A stretch of DNA of 61,496 nucleotides from Microbacteriaceae bacterium (lineage in GTDB: Bacteria > Actinomycetota > Actinomycetes > Actinomycetales > Microbacteriaceae): positions 1-61,496 of the forward strand of contig JAPOHQ010000001.1 of NCBI GenBank assembly GCA_029979375.1, in the 5' to 3' direction. Under the pieces are notes generated by a model. That model saw only the letters and a list, made by a program, of their open reading frames with translations. It was not told the DNA's origin and ran no database searches. The position numbers and the translations under genes are program-made. How positions within the stretch are numbered: position 1 is the stretch's first letter; the number at the start of each line of letters is the position of its first letter. This document shows positions 1-9,553 of the stretch, in pieces.

Positions 1-54
1 GGCACATACGAGGTGCTGATTGAAAACGACGAAATTTTTGTGGAATACGAGTAA
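1..54 (+). CDS. 3' end of a gene upstream of sufC, probably the SUF-associated Rieske-type ferredoxin (partial)
   Basis: Frame 1 reads GTYEVLIENDEIFVEYE-stop, ending 8 nt before sufC. It resembles the C-terminal strands of small Rieske ferredoxins usually found here; only 17 aa are visible. Confidence 0.5.
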   Translation, partial: GTYEVLIENDEIFVEYE

Positions 55-62
55 GGAACGAA

Positions 63-821
63 ATGACAACTCTTGAAATCAAGAATCTCCACGTCTCAGT
101 GGTAACTGAACAGGGCAGCAAGCAGATCCTCCGCGGGGATGACCTAACAATCAACTCGGGAGAAATCCATGCGGTCATGGGCCCGAACGGATCAGGAAAG
201 TCAACTCTCGCCTACTCGGTTGCCGGACACCCAAAGTATGAGGTGACGGACGGCTCGATCCTGCTAGATGGACAGGACGTGCTCGAGATGAGTGTGGACG
301 AGCGAGCAAGAGCAGGCATGTTCTTGGCGATGCAGTATCCGGTTGAGGTGCCAGGTGTTTCGGTTTCGAACTTCTTGAGAACCGCGAAGACCGCGCTGAG
401 CGGCGAAGCTCCAAAGTTGCGCGAGTGGGTTGGCGACCTCAAAGAAGCCATGGGAAACCTCCGAATGGATCCCGACTTCACCGAGCGCAACGTGAATGAG
501 GGCTTCTCCGGTGGTGAGAAGAAGCGACACGAGATCCTGCAGTTGGAACTCTTGAAGCCAAAGATCGCAATCCTCGATGAGACCGACTCCGGGCTCGATG
601 TTGATGCCCTCAAAGTTGTCTCGGAGGGTGTGAATCGTGCCCACGAAAACACCAACCTTGGCGTGCTGTTGATTACCCACTACACCCGAATTCTGCGCTA
701 CATCAAGCCGGACTTTGTGCACGTCTTTGTGGCCGGCAAGGTTGCCGAACAGGGTGGCGCCGAGCTGGCCGAGCGCCTAGAGAACGAGGGCTACGACCGC
801 TACCTCAAGGCTGGAGTATGA
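63..821 (+). CDS. sufC: Fe-S cluster assembly ATPase SufC
   Basis: Walker A GPNGSGKST, signature NEGFSGGEKKR, Walker B ILDETDSGLDVDAL, ITHY motif; AAGGA SD upstream. Confidence 0.97.
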   Translation: MTTLEIKNLHVSVVTEQGSKQILRGDDLTINSGEIHAVMGPNGSGKSTLAYSVAGHPKYEVTDGSILLDGQDVLEMSVDERARAGMFLAMQYPVEVPGVSVSNFLRTAKTALSGEAPKLREWVGDLKEAMGNLRMDPDFTERNVNEGFSGGEKKRHEILQLELLKPKIAILDETDSGLDVDALKVVSEGVNRAHENTNLGVLLITHYTRILRYIKPDFVHVFVAGKVAEQGGAELAERLENEGYDRYLKAGV

Positions 822-1150
822 GCGAGCCAAAGGAACTCTCGGCCGAGAAGTACGACGAGGTCATAGAGGCAATGAAGGACATCATCGATCCTGAGATCGG
901 TGTGAACATAGTTGACCTCGGGCTGGTCTACGGGCTTCAGGAGTCGGAGGACGGCGCGTTGCTAATCAACATGACCTTGACCTCAGCGGGATGCCCGCTG
1001 ACCGACGTTATCGAGGAGCAAACGGCTGAGGCTCTGGATGGCGTGGTAGAGGCCTTCCGGATTAATTGGGTCTGGATGCCACCCTGGGGACCGGATAAGA
1101 TCACCGAAGACGGGCGCGAAATGATGCGCTCAATTGGTTTCTCTATTTAG
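818..1150 (+). CDS. sufT: Metal-sulfur cluster assembly factor (DUF59/SufT)
   Basis: DPEIGVNIVDLGLVY, MTLTSAGCP and WMPPW motifs; ATGA overlap with sufC. Confidence 0.92.
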   Translation: MSEPKELSAEKYDEVIEAMKDIIDPEIGVNIVDLGLVYGLQESEDGALLINMTLTSAGCPLTDVIEEQTAEALDGVVEAFRINWVWMPPWGPDKITEDGREMMRSIGFSI

Positions 1151-1700
1151 TGAGCTTCCAAGCAAGAGGAAGCAGAGCGGCAGCGGCTAGGGCTTTGACC
1201 GCATCGCCAATCAAGAAAGGAAGCACTCCGGCAGTCATTGCCTGAGTGAATGTCAGGCCAAGGCCGGCCATGAGCCAACCAGCGCCGAAAAGATAAATCA
1301 GGGCGCTACCTGCTGCAAAACTAAAGCCAACGCCAATTGGGTTCTTCGAGAAGCCTTTGGTGGCGAGGTAACCAACGACCAGACCCGCGACGAGGAAACC
1401 AACCAGGTAACCGGCGGTGGGCATTACAGCACCGAGAGCCTTGGCTCCGGCAAAGACGGGAAGCCCGGCGGCTCCCATTGCTAGATACAGACCCATTGAG
1501 CTCACTGCTCTCGCTGGACCGAGGGCAGCCGCAACGAGGAGCACGGCGAAGGTCTGGAGTGTCATCGGCACTGGATACATAGGAACCTGCATCTGCGCGG
1601 CTAGGGCCGTGAGAAGAGCACCGCCGATCACGAGCGCAATGGATGAGGTGGTCGACCGTGGAATGACTCGATCGGCAAGGGTTGCGTTGACGGCGCTCAT
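1143..1700 (-). CDS. bioY: Biotin transporter BioY (ECF S-component)
   Basis: PVPMTLQT, GLPVFAG, PTAGYLVGF and PFLIGD motifs; multiple hydrophobic helices. Confidence 0.93.
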   Translation of the reverse strand: MSAVNATLADRVIPRSTTSSIALVIGGALLTALAAQMQVPMYPVPMTLQTFAVLLVAAALGPARAVSSMGLYLAMGAAGLPVFAGAKALGAVMPTAGYLVGFLVAGLVVGYLATKGFSKNPIGVGFSFAAGSALIYLFGAGWLMAGLGLTFTQAMTAGVLPFLIGDAVKALAAAALLPLAWKLTK

Positions 1701-1736
1701 GAAAGGTTCCTTTCGGATTTTCTAAGGAGTTTACCG

Positions 1737-2540
1737 CTAGGCATCCTCAAATTCAGCATCTCGATCAGCCTGGGTTGGCTTTTTAGTTTTTGGTTCAAGG
1801 AGTCCCTGAGCCTCCAGTCGCACTCTGCGGTCGTTTCGATATGCCCAGAAGAACGCGATAAATGCCATTACCCCGAAGATGATCCATTGGATCGCATAGG
1901 AGAGGTGGTTACCCTCACTTAGCGAAGGTTTTGGCATGGCCAGGGGTGTCTCAGCATATTCGGGAGATTCGCTCGCCAGCCGGCCGTAGTGCTCGGTGAT
2001 TACCTCTCCAAAGGTGGCTAGCCGCAGGGCGAGCTCCTCGAGGTTGATACTCGCTAGAGTCTCTGCCTCGCCTCGAGACACATCCGGTTCGCCTACCCGC
2101 AGCCTGACCACAAGCTGCGAGGGGGCTGCTCCGGGCAGGGGATTGCTGACAGGAAGTGAGATATCCGAGGAGGCGGCAATCCAACCGCGCTCAACAATAA
2201 AGATTCGACCATCATCGAGCAGCAGGGGAACTAGCTGGAGGAAGCCGGGCTGTCCGGAAAGGGGTCGATTGCGAACCAGCAGGGCGGACTCTGGGAGGTA
2301 GTTGCCACTTATCTCAACGGGCAGCCACTCCAGCGGGGAAGAGCCATCCGCATTGGTTAGCCAGCTAAGTTCCGAGTAGGGGGTGGGGGCTGCGTCGTAG
2401 TTCGAGACGATCTGATCAATTCGCTCCACCCGCTCTGCACGGCGACTGAACTGCCACCAGCTGAGGGCTGAGGTGGCAAGCGCAAACACAACGACCAGGG
2501 CCAGCCATGGGCCCCAACGCCTAATCGCGCTTTGCTTCAA
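1737..2540 (-). CDS. SURF1 family cytochrome oxidase biogenesis protein
   Basis: N-terminal TM with WQFSRR, VERGW, C-terminal HLSYAIQW followed by a TM helix. Confidence 0.9.
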   Translation of the reverse strand: MKQSAIRRWGPWLALVVVFALATSALSWWQFSRRAERVERIDQIVSNYDAAPTPYSELSWLTNADGSSPLEWLPVEISGNYLPESALLVRNRPLSGQPGFLQLVPLLLDDGRIFIVERGWIAASSDISLPVSNPLPGAAPSQLVVRLRVGEPDVSRGEAETLASINLEELALRLATFGEVITEHYGRLASESPEYAETPLAMPKPSLSEGNHLSYAIQWIIFGVMAFIAFFWAYRNDRRVRLEAQGLLEPKTKKPTQADRDAEFEDA

Positions 2541-2721
2541 TCGACTCCAGCCTCAGGAAAAAACCTCGTTGCGATAGATAGTCAACCAGAAAGCTCTCGT
2601 GCTCCTCACAGGCACCCCAGGTCTTGGTCCTACCGTCGGTGTGAATCTTTGGGTTTCTCCAGACGACCAGCTTCAGCGCCTGATGGCCACAGCCGGCGCG
2701 GGAGCACTTATTTTGCGTCAT
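2521..2721 (-). CDS. Small conserved-type actinobacterial protein with C-x4-C...C-x2-H motif
   Basis: 66 aa, CSRAGC...WRNPKIH...WGACEEH...YLSQRGF; overlaps both neighbours on the same strand. Confidence 0.75.
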   Translation of the reverse strand: MTQNKCSRAGCGHQALKLVVWRNPKIHTDGRTKTWGACEEHESFLVDYLSQRGFFLRLESIEAKRD

Positions 2722-2998
2722 CTATCCGAATCTCGCTCGCGCGTATCGAGAGCTTTGGGGCTACGGCCGAGCTAGCCCTGGACCTGGTCGGACCCTGGGC
2801 ATTAGCAAGCACCACGGCAAAGTAGGGGAGAAAAATCGCAAGGGCAAAAAATATCCACATCCATATCCCTGGTGTTATAACACCGAGAATGATGCAGATG
2901 GTTCGGATGGTCATCGCTATCGAATACTTGATCATTCGCTGCTTGCGCTCTTCGTCCGGGCTCAGCTCCAATGATGTGACGCTCTGCCGCCTTGCCAT
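2708..2998 (-). CDS. DUF3099 family membrane protein
   Basis: RMIKYSIAMTIRTIC and LPYFAVVLANA motifs; start placed at ATG 2998 (MARRQSVTS). Confidence 0.82.
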   Translation of the reverse strand: MARRQSVTSLELSPDEERKQRMIKYSIAMTIRTICIILGVITPGIWMWIFFALAIFLPYFAVVLANAQGPTRSRASSAVAPKLSIRASEIRIDDAK

Positions 2999-3074
2999 AG
3001 CTACGCCACCTATCATCACTAGACTTTGGTAATCCAAACGCGTTTTCGTCCATGCTATTCCCGCGGAGGTCCGA

Positions 3075-3785
3075 GTGTCCCAGCCAAGAACAGTCCTCAT
3101 CACAGGTGGTAACCGGGGAATTGGCTACGCCATAGCGGAAGCAATGGTTGCCGCTGGTCACCGCGTTGCCGTGACTGCTCGCAACGGTGAGGGGCCGAAG
3201 GGAACCCTGAGTGTCGTTGCTGACGTCACCGATTCCGCATCACTCGATACCGCAATCTCCCAGGTGGAAGAGAAGCTAGGCCCCATCGAGGTGATCGTGG
3301 CCAATGCGGGCATCACTAGAGACACCCTGCTGATGCGCATGAGCGACGAGGACTTTGAGGATGTCGTCAACACCAATCTGACGGGAGTCTTTCGCGTGGT
3401 CAAAAGAGTCACAAAGAGCATGCTCAGGGCCAAGTATGGGCGCGTGATTCTGATCGGATCGGTAGTTGGACTGCTCGGCAGCGCGGGTCAGGTGAATTAC
3501 TCAGCGACCAAGAGCGCCCTGGTTGGAATTGCCCGGAGCATCACCAGGGAGCTCGGGGCAAAGAACATCACGGCAAACGTCATCGCACCAGGTTTCATTG
3601 ACACCGACATGACCGCCGAGCTGGGAGAGGAGCTGGCCGCGAAGTACCGGTCACAGATTCCCGCCGGTCGGTTTGCAACTCCCGAAGAGGTGGCCAAGGT
3701 TGTTGCCTGGGTCGCTTCCGAGGAGGCGTCCTACATCACAGGAGCTGTGATTCCGGTTGATGGTGGCCTGGGAATGGGTCACTAG
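3075..3785 (+). CDS. fabG: 3-oxoacyl-ACP reductase (MabA/FabG1-like)
   Basis: SDR motifs TGGNRGIG, NAGITRD, YSATK, PGFIDTDM; GGAGG SD. Confidence 0.95.
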   Translation: MSQPRTVLITGGNRGIGYAIAEAMVAAGHRVAVTARNGEGPKGTLSVVADVTDSASLDTAISQVEEKLGPIEVIVANAGITRDTLLMRMSDEDFEDVVNTNLTGVFRVVKRVTKSMLRAKYGRVILIGSVVGLLGSAGQVNYSATKSALVGIARSITRELGAKNITANVIAPGFIDTDMTAELGEELAAKYRSQIPAGRFATPEEVAKVVAWVASEEASYITGAVIPVDGGLGMGH

Positions 3786-3814
3786 GTAGTAGCTTTAGGC
3801 AAAAGGAGACGATT

Positions 3815-4582
3815 TTGGGAATTCTAGAGGGTAAGAAAATACTGGTCACTGGGGTGTTGACCGAGGCTTCAATTGCCTTTTCCGCGGCTCGCCTGGCACA
3901 AGAGGAAGGCGCCGAGGTTCTTCTGAGCTCCTTCGGAAGAATGCTGCCGATCACCCAGAAAATCGCACAGCGCCTCCCCAAGCCCGTCGAGGTGATCGAG
4001 CTCGACGCCACGAACGCTGATCACCTTGCTGCGCTGCCCGGAGAGGTAAAGAAGCACCTAGGGTCGCTTGATGGCATCGTGCACGCGATTGCCTTTGCCC
4101 CGCAAACCGCTCTCGGAGGAAACTTCCTCGAGACCGAGTGGTCGGATGTCGCAACCGCAGTTGAGGTTTCGGCTTACTCCCTAAAGTCGATTACGACCGC
4201 CTGTGTTCCAGTTCTGAACAATCCCTCAAGCGTCGTTGGGCTTACCTTTGATGCAACGGTCTCTTGGCCTGTTTATGACTGGATGGGCGTCGCAAAGGCA
4301 GCCTTTGAGGCCACTTCGCGTTACCTTGCGAGATATCTGGGCGACAAGGGCATCCGAGTCAATTTGGTTTCAGCCGGCCCACTTCGCACCACGGCTGCAA
4401 AGGGTATTCCCGGTTTTGCAACGATGGAGGAGCTCTGGACCGATCGGGCTCCGCTCGGGTGGGACCTCACCGACACCGAAGCTGCGGCCAGGGGACTGGT
4501 TGCGCTGCTTAGCGACTGGTTCCCTGCCACCACAGGCGAGATGATTCACGTCGATGGTGGTCTGCACTCCACTGGCGCCTAG
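3815..4582 (+). CDS. fabI: Enoyl-ACP reductase (InhA/FabI-like)
   Basis: GKKILVTGV..SIAF, YDWMGVAK catalytic motif, SDWFPATTGE; follows fabG as in mabA-inhA. Confidence 0.95.
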   Translation: MGILEGKKILVTGVLTEASIAFSAARLAQEEGAEVLLSSFGRMLPITQKIAQRLPKPVEVIELDATNADHLAALPGEVKKHLGSLDGIVHAIAFAPQTALGGNFLETEWSDVATAVEVSAYSLKSITTACVPVLNNPSSVVGLTFDATVSWPVYDWMGVAKAAFEATSRYLARYLGDKGIRVNLVSAGPLRTTAAKGIPGFATMEELWTDRAPLGWDLTDTEAAARGLVALLSDWFPATTGEMIHVDGGLHSTGA

Positions 4583-5211
4583 GCCAGAAGCGACCCAATC
4601 TGGGCGAGATCTCGAACCACTAGAACAACATCTGCCGCCTCGCGAACCTTTGGTTTGGCGCAGAAAGCAATCGACAAACCGGCTACTTCCATCATTGCCA
4701 GGTCGTTAGCGCCGTCACCAACCGCGATGGTTGCCGCAACTGGGAGTTCGAGTTCAGCAGCCCATTTCTTGAGGTGATTGGCCTTGGAGGTGCGATCGAC
4801 GATTTCCCCGGTGAGCTTTCCTGTCAACTTGCCACCTGCGACCTCGAGAGTGTTTGCTGCCGCGAAGTCAAGGCTCAGTTTGGCCTTGAGCGGTTCAAGC
4901 AATTGGATGAAGCCTCCGGAAACCGCGGCTGCTTTACCGCCCCGCTCGTGAATCAGGTTGATCAGCTCTGCCGCGCCTTTTGTGGGTCTGAGCAGCGCTG
5001 CCGTCTCTGCCAGGACGCTTTCTGGTAGGCCCTTGAGAGTCGCAACTCTTTCGACAAGAGAGGTTGAGAAATCGATCTCGCCCCGCATCGCTCGATCGGT
5101 TATTTCGGCAACGCGCTCACGCTCACCCGAGCGCTCAGCCAAGAGCTCAATTGCCTCGTCCTCGATAAGCGTTGAGTCGACATCGAAAACGACCAGAAAT
5201 CTTGCACTCAA
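4579..5211 (-). CDS. serB: Phosphoserine phosphatase
   Basis: HAD motif [27 protein letters not shown]. Confidence 0.93.
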   Translation of the reverse strand: MSARFLVVFDVDSTLIEDEAIELLAERSGERERVAEITDRAMRGEIDFSTSLVERVATLKGLPESVLAETAALLRPTKGAAELINLIHERGGKAAAVSGGFIQLLEPLKAKLSLDFAAANTLEVAGGKLTGKLTGEIVDRTSKANHLKKWAAELELPVAATIAVGDGANDLAMMEVAGLSIAFCAKPKVREAADVVLVVRDLAQIGSLLA

Positions 5212-6449
5212 GGGGTGACCAACCGACCCTTCGGAACGACGGTGATTCCGGTCTCGGTCACGGTGAAGCCCCTTGCCAGGTCCCGCTCCTTGCTAACACC
5301 GACACTCGCGCCATCGGCAACAACAACATCCTTGTCAAGGATTGCCTTGCGAATTGTGCTGTCCCTACCAATTTGCACTGCATCGAGCAGAACGGAGTCG
5401 GTGACAAGTGAGCGAGAGCCGACCCTGACGTTGGGGGAGAGCACGCTTCGCTCGACAACACCACCGGTGACCACGACGCCAAGAGAGACTATCGAGTCGT
5501 TAGTGCGACCCTGGTTTCCCTCGGAGTCGTGAATGAACTTCGCGGGAGCAAGATTGATCTGCTGGTTGTAAACCGGCCAGTCCGAGTTGTAGAGATTGAA
5601 GATCGGCATAGTTGAAATCAGATCCATGTGAGCCTCGTAGTAACTCTCAATTGTTCCAACATCGCGCCAGTAGGACTTGTCTCGCTCGGTTGCACCAGGA
5701 ATATCGTTGAAGGTGAAGTCGTAGACACCGGCCTGGCCCTGCTCGACAAAGGCGGGGATGATATCCCCGCCCATGTCGTGAGCTGAGTTCTCCATCTCAC
5801 CGTCGCGCTGAATCGCATCAATCAGCGCTTCCGCATTGAAGACGTAGTTGCCCATTGAGACCAGAGCATTTGCCTCGTCTCCGGGTACTGGTTGCGGGTC
5901 GCTTGGCTTCTCTCGGAACCTGGCGATCTTCCCAGGGTTTTTGGCATCAACCTCGATTACGCCGAATTGGCTGGCCGTGCCGATTGGTTGGCGAATTGCC
6001 GCGACCGTGGCCTCCATGCCGGATTCGATATGCGCGGCGATCATCTGGTCGAAATCCATTCGATAAACGTGGTCAGCTCCCACAACGACTACATAGTCGG
6101 GTCGCTCGTCGCTGAGCGCGTTCATGCTCTGCAAAATCGCGTCGGCGCTGCCTGTGTACCAGCGCTTGCCAAGTCTCTGCTGCGCCGGCACAGACGCTAC
6201 ATACGCGCCCAGCAGAGGCGATAGCCGCCAGGTCTGTGAAACATGTCGGTCGAGCGAGTGGGACTTGTACTGCGTCAGCACAACTATCCTGCGCAATCCC
6301 GAGTTGATTAGGTTGCTCAGTGCAAAGTCAATCAGGCGATAGGAGCCGGCAAAAGGAACCGCTGGCTTGGCTCTTTCGGAAGTGAGCGGCATGAGCCGCT
6401 TCCCCTCGCCCCCAGCGAGCACCATTCCGAAGACTCTTGCCCTTGCCAT
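5208..6449 (-). CDS. glgC: Glucose-1-phosphate adenylyltransferase
   Basis: [36 protein letters not shown]-terminal beta-helix repeats. Confidence 0.97.
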   Translation of the reverse strand: MARARVFGMVLAGGEGKRLMPLTSERAKPAVPFAGSYRLIDFALSNLINSGLRRIVVLTQYKSHSLDRHVSQTWRLSPLLGAYVASVPAQQRLGKRWYTGSADAILQSMNALSDERPDYVVVVGADHVYRMDFDQMIAAHIESGMEATVAAIRQPIGTASQFGVIEVDAKNPGKIARFREKPSDPQPVPGDEANALVSMGNYVFNAEALIDAIQRDGEMENSAHDMGGDIIPAFVEQGQAGVYDFTFNDIPGATERDKSYWRDVGTIESYYEAHMDLISTMPIFNLYNSDWPVYNQQINLAPAKFIHDSEGNQGRTNDSIVSLGVVVTGGVVERSVLSPNVRVGSRSLVTDSVLLDAVQIGRDSTIRKAILDKDVVVADGASVGVSKERDLARGFTVTETGITVVPKGRLVTP

Positions 6450-6496
6450 AGGGAAATGTTAGTTCGTGCGAGGAGGCCGCGCACTAGCATTCTGGT

Positions 6497-7681
6497 ATGC
6501 GTGTGGATTTCGTTACCAAGGAGTACCCGCCAAACATCTATGGCGGGGCAGGGGGTCACGTAACGGAGCTGGTCAAAGTCTTGCGGTCGCGAATCGACGC
6601 CAGGGTGCACGCTTTTGGCACTCCGGTGGCAGAGGATTCCACCTACGGATATTCGACTCCGCCCTCACTTGAAAATGCAAACCCGGCCATACAAACCCTG
6701 GGGGTAGACCTTGAAATAGTTGCTGGGCTTGAAGGCGCAAACCTGGTGCACTCCCACACCTGGTATGCCAACTTTGCAGGCCACCTGGGCTCAATGCTGC
6801 ACTCGATTCCCCATGTCATAACAGCCCATTCCCTGGAACCACTGCGACCCTGGAAAAGGGAGCAGCTCGGCGGTGGCTATGCGGTTTCCAGCTTCATAGA
6901 GCGCACCGCCTACGAGGGTGCGGCACGAATCGTTGCGGTCTCTGATGGCATGCGCGCCGACATATTGCGCTCTTATCCGCAGCTCGATTCAAGCAAGGTA
7001 GAGGTAGTTCATAACGGAATCGATGCAACCAAGTGGCAGCCGATTGACTCTCCAGATGTGGTTAGAAAGCACGGTATAGACCCAAGTCGGCGAAGCGTAA
7101 TTTTCGTGGGTCGAATCACTCGGCAGAAGGGTCTCAGCTACTTCTTGCAGGCGGCAGCCGCACTCCCGGAAGACGTTCAACTCGTCCTCTGCGCTGGTGC
7201 CCCGGACACTCCCGAAATAAGGAGCGAGACCGAGATGCTCGTGGAAAAGCTTCGAAGCAAACGCACCGGCGTCATTTGGATTCCAGAGCACCTGCCGCAG
7301 CCAGAGCTGGCGGCGTTGCTGAGCGCCTGCAACTTGTTCGTTTGCCCATCGATTTATGAGCCACTGGGCATCGTTAACCTTGAGGCCATGGCCTGCGGGG
7401 CCCCCGTGATTGCAACCGCGACCGGTGGAATCCCCGAGGTCGTGGTGGACGGTAAGACAGGTTGGTTGGTGCCCATCGATCAGCACACCGATGGCTCGGG
7501 GGAGCCAAAGGATTCCGCCCGCTTCATCTCCGACTTCGCGAGCAAAATGAATGAGGCAATCGCCTCGCCAAAGCTTCGCGAGTTTGGCGATGCGGGCAGA
7601 AAGCGAGCCATCGATTCGTTCAGCTGGGAGACCATCGCGACTCGCACGCTAGAGGTCTATCAGCGCGCACTTCAGAGCTAG
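6497..7681 (+). CDS. glgA: Actinobacterial GlgA/GlgM (ADP-glucose-dependent glucosyltransferase, maltose-1-phosphate synthase type)
   Basis: KEYPPNIYGGAG, HSHTWY, HSLEPLRPWK, YEPLGIVNLEAMAC; divergent from glgC. Confidence 0.93.
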   Translation: MRVDFVTKEYPPNIYGGAGGHVTELVKVLRSRIDARVHAFGTPVAEDSTYGYSTPPSLENANPAIQTLGVDLEIVAGLEGANLVHSHTWYANFAGHLGSMLHSIPHVITAHSLEPLRPWKREQLGGGYAVSSFIERTAYEGAARIVAVSDGMRADILRSYPQLDSSKVEVVHNGIDATKWQPIDSPDVVRKHGIDPSRRSVIFVGRITRQKGLSYFLQAAAALPEDVQLVLCAGAPDTPEIRSETEMLVEKLRSKRTGVIWIPEHLPQPELAALLSACNLFVCPSIYEPLGIVNLEAMACGAPVIATATGGIPEVVVDGKTGWLVPIDQHTDGSGEPKDSARFISDFASKMNEAIASPKLREFGDAGRKRAIDSFSWETIATRTLEVYQRALQS

Positions 7682-7691
7682 GCTTTTGCAA

Positions 7692-8474
7692 GTGGCAAAG
7701 GTAATCGATCTCCAAAACGTCTCCGTGAAACGCTCCGGCAAGGAGATCCTTTCCCAAATATCCTTCGCAGCAGATTCATCCGAGCGCTGGGTCATTCTGG
7801 GTCCCAATGGTGCCGGCAAGACCACCTTGCTTCGGGTTTGCGCAGCTCAGATTCAGCCCTCTTCAGGCCAGGCAAGCATCCTCGAGCAGAAACTCGGCCA
7901 GGTGAACGTTTTTGAGCTCCGCACCAGAATTGGCTTCGCGTCCTCGGCGCTAGCCGCACAAATTCCAAACAGCGAGACCGTTTTGAACGCCGTCATGACT
8001 GCCAGCTATGGAATCACTGGTCGTTGGAATGAGAGCTACGACGCCATCGACGAGCGGAGGGCAAGGCGAGTGCTTGCTGAGTGGGAGCTTGCCGACTTTG
8101 AGTCCAGACCCTTCGGAACCCTTAGTGACGGCGAGCGCAAGCGAGTGCAAATTGCGCGCTCGATAATGACGGATCCCGAACTCTTACTTCTGGATGAGCC
8201 CGTAGCCAGCCTGGATCTGGCCGCCAGAGAGCTAACTCTCCAGCTGCTTGGCGGTTACGCGCAGTCTCCATCTGCCCCGGCCATGGCCATGGTCACCCAC
8301 CACATCGAAGAGATTCCGCAGGGTTTCACTCACGCCATGTTGCTTCAGGACGGCAAGATCATTGCACGGGGCGAAATCGGCAGCACCATTACCTCTGCGG
8401 CTATTAGCGAGGCCTTCCGTTTCCCGCTAACAGTGAGCTACGAGAACGGACGATTCAGGGCTGTCGCGGCCTAG
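7692..8474 (+). CDS. ABC transporter ATP-binding protein (ModF/YlmA-like)
   Basis: GPNGAGKTT, LSDGERKR, LLLLDEP, VTHH; start set at GTG 7692, 7 nt after a TAGGCT -10 element. Confidence 0.88.
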   Translation: MAKVIDLQNVSVKRSGKEILSQISFAADSSERWVILGPNGAGKTTLLRVCAAQIQPSSGQASILEQKLGQVNVFELRTRIGFASSALAAQIPNSETVLNAVMTASYGITGRWNESYDAIDERRARRVLAEWELADFESRPFGTLSDGERKRVQIARSIMTDPELLLLDEPVASLDLAARELTLQLLGGYAQSPSAPAMAMVTHHIEEIPQGFTHAMLLQDGKIIARGEIGSTITSAAISEAFRFPLTVSYENGRFRAVAA

Positions 8475-8545
8475 TCAACCGGGCTTTTTTCTGCTAGGCT
8501 TTCGCGCTGTTGCACATCGCAACCTACCTCACGAAGAAGGACTCC

Positions 8546-8794
8546 ATGAAGGCTGATATTCACCCAAGCTATGGTCCAGTAGTTTTTCGCGACCTGGCAT
8601 CAGGCGTCGCCTTTTTGACTCGCTCGACTCTGAGCACTGACAAGACAATCGAGTGGGAAGACGGCAACACCTATCCGGTGTATGACGTGGAAATCTCCTC
8701 AGCCAGCCACCCGTTCTACACCGGTAAGCAGAGAATTCTTGACTCTGCGGGTCGCGTGGAGCGCTTCAACGAGCGTTACAAGAACTTCAGCTAA
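8546..8794 (+). CDS. rpmE2: 50S ribosomal protein L31 type B
   Basis: [15 protein letters not shown]...[25 protein letters not shown]; no zinc-binding Cys pairs; AAGGA SD before ATG 8546. Confidence 0.96.
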   Translation: MKADIHPSYGPVVFRDLASGVAFLTRSTLSTDKTIEWEDGNTYPVYDVEISSASHPFYTGKQRILDSAGRVERFNERYKNFS

Positions 8795-9497
8795 GCCTCA
8801 CTGGCCAGCCGAACTCCGCCCGGAAATCCGGGCGGTTTTCTCTTTTAAAGTAGGCCTCTCGTTCGCGCGACCACTCATCGGCCCACTCGCTCTGGAGGTT
8901 GTGAAGCTCCATGGCGGGAAGATCCAGTTCGGAATACTGAGCAGCCAGTCGCTGGGCAATCTGGCCGGCAGCCACGGCATCTGCAGTCGAGTTATGAGCG
9001 TCAGTGAGCCTGATGCCGTAAAGGTCACACATCATCGTGAGATTGCGCTTGCCCTTGCGCCACTTATCGACTTTTCTGTCGATCACCAAGGGGTCAATCA
9101 CCGGCTTGGGATCGAGCGGTTCGATTCCGACACGCAGCGACTCGTGGTGCAGGATCGAAAAGTCGTAGGCGGCGTTGAAGGCAACCAAGGGCATCAGCCG
9201 ACTCAGCTCGGCGAGGCGCCGTGATATCTCACCAACTGCGAGCGCCGAATCCTGGCCGTCTCGCTGCGCAATCTCAGTTGTCACCCCGTGAACGTTGCTG
9301 GCCTGCTCTGGAATATCGATTCCCGGGTCAACAAGCCATTCGCCCAGGTCAGTAACTTCGCCATTCTGGTTTAGTACCGCTACGCACGCCGTGACAATCC
9401 GCGAGGTCTTTACATCTAGACCGGTGGTTTCGAGATCAAAAACCGCAAGCTGCTTCGCCCATTCGGGGGCCTCGGGTTCGAAATCAAAATCAAGCAA
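8787..9497 (-). CDS. DEDDh 3'-5' exonuclease (DnaQ/epsilon-like)
   Basis: ExoI FDLETTG, Exo[10 protein letters not shown], Exo[11 protein letters not shown]. Confidence 0.92.
   Translation of the reverse strand: MLDFDFEPEAPEWAKQLAVFDLETTGLDVKTSRIVTACVAVLNQNGEVTDLGEWLVDPGIDIPEQASNVHGVTTEIAQRDGQDSALAVGEISRRLAELSRLMPLVAFNAAYDFSILHHESLRVGIEPLDPKPVIDPLVIDRKVDKWRKGKRNLTMMCDLYGIRLTDAHNSTADAVAAGQIAQRLAAQYSELDLPAMELHNLQSEWADEWSREREAYFKRENRPDFRAEFGWPVRLS
8816..8846 (+). terminator. Intrinsic terminator of rpmE2
   Basis: CCGCCCGG-AAAT-CCGGGCGG stem followed by TTTTCTCTTTT, 21 nt after the rpmE2 stop. Confidence 0.8.
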
Positions 9498-9553
9498 CTG
9501 TTATCTCCTGGGCTCACCCTAGCGTCAGTCACAACTGAATCTAGACTTGTGGG

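Noticed and set aside
1701-1714. Palindrome GAAAGG-TT-CCTTTC upstream of bioY as a biotin regulator site
   Set aside because: Short, overlaps the SD, and does not match a BioQ or BirA operator that I know.
8495-8545. Possible Zur box or L31 leader RNA upstream of rpmE2
   Set aside because: Only a 5-bp stem (GTTGC/GCAAC) and no Zur-like palindrome; insufficient without a covariance search.
9498-9553. PafBC-type promoter (TGTCGG-N10-TANNNT) upstream of the exonuclease or hydrolase
   Set aside because: The nearest match has the wrong hexamer and spacing.
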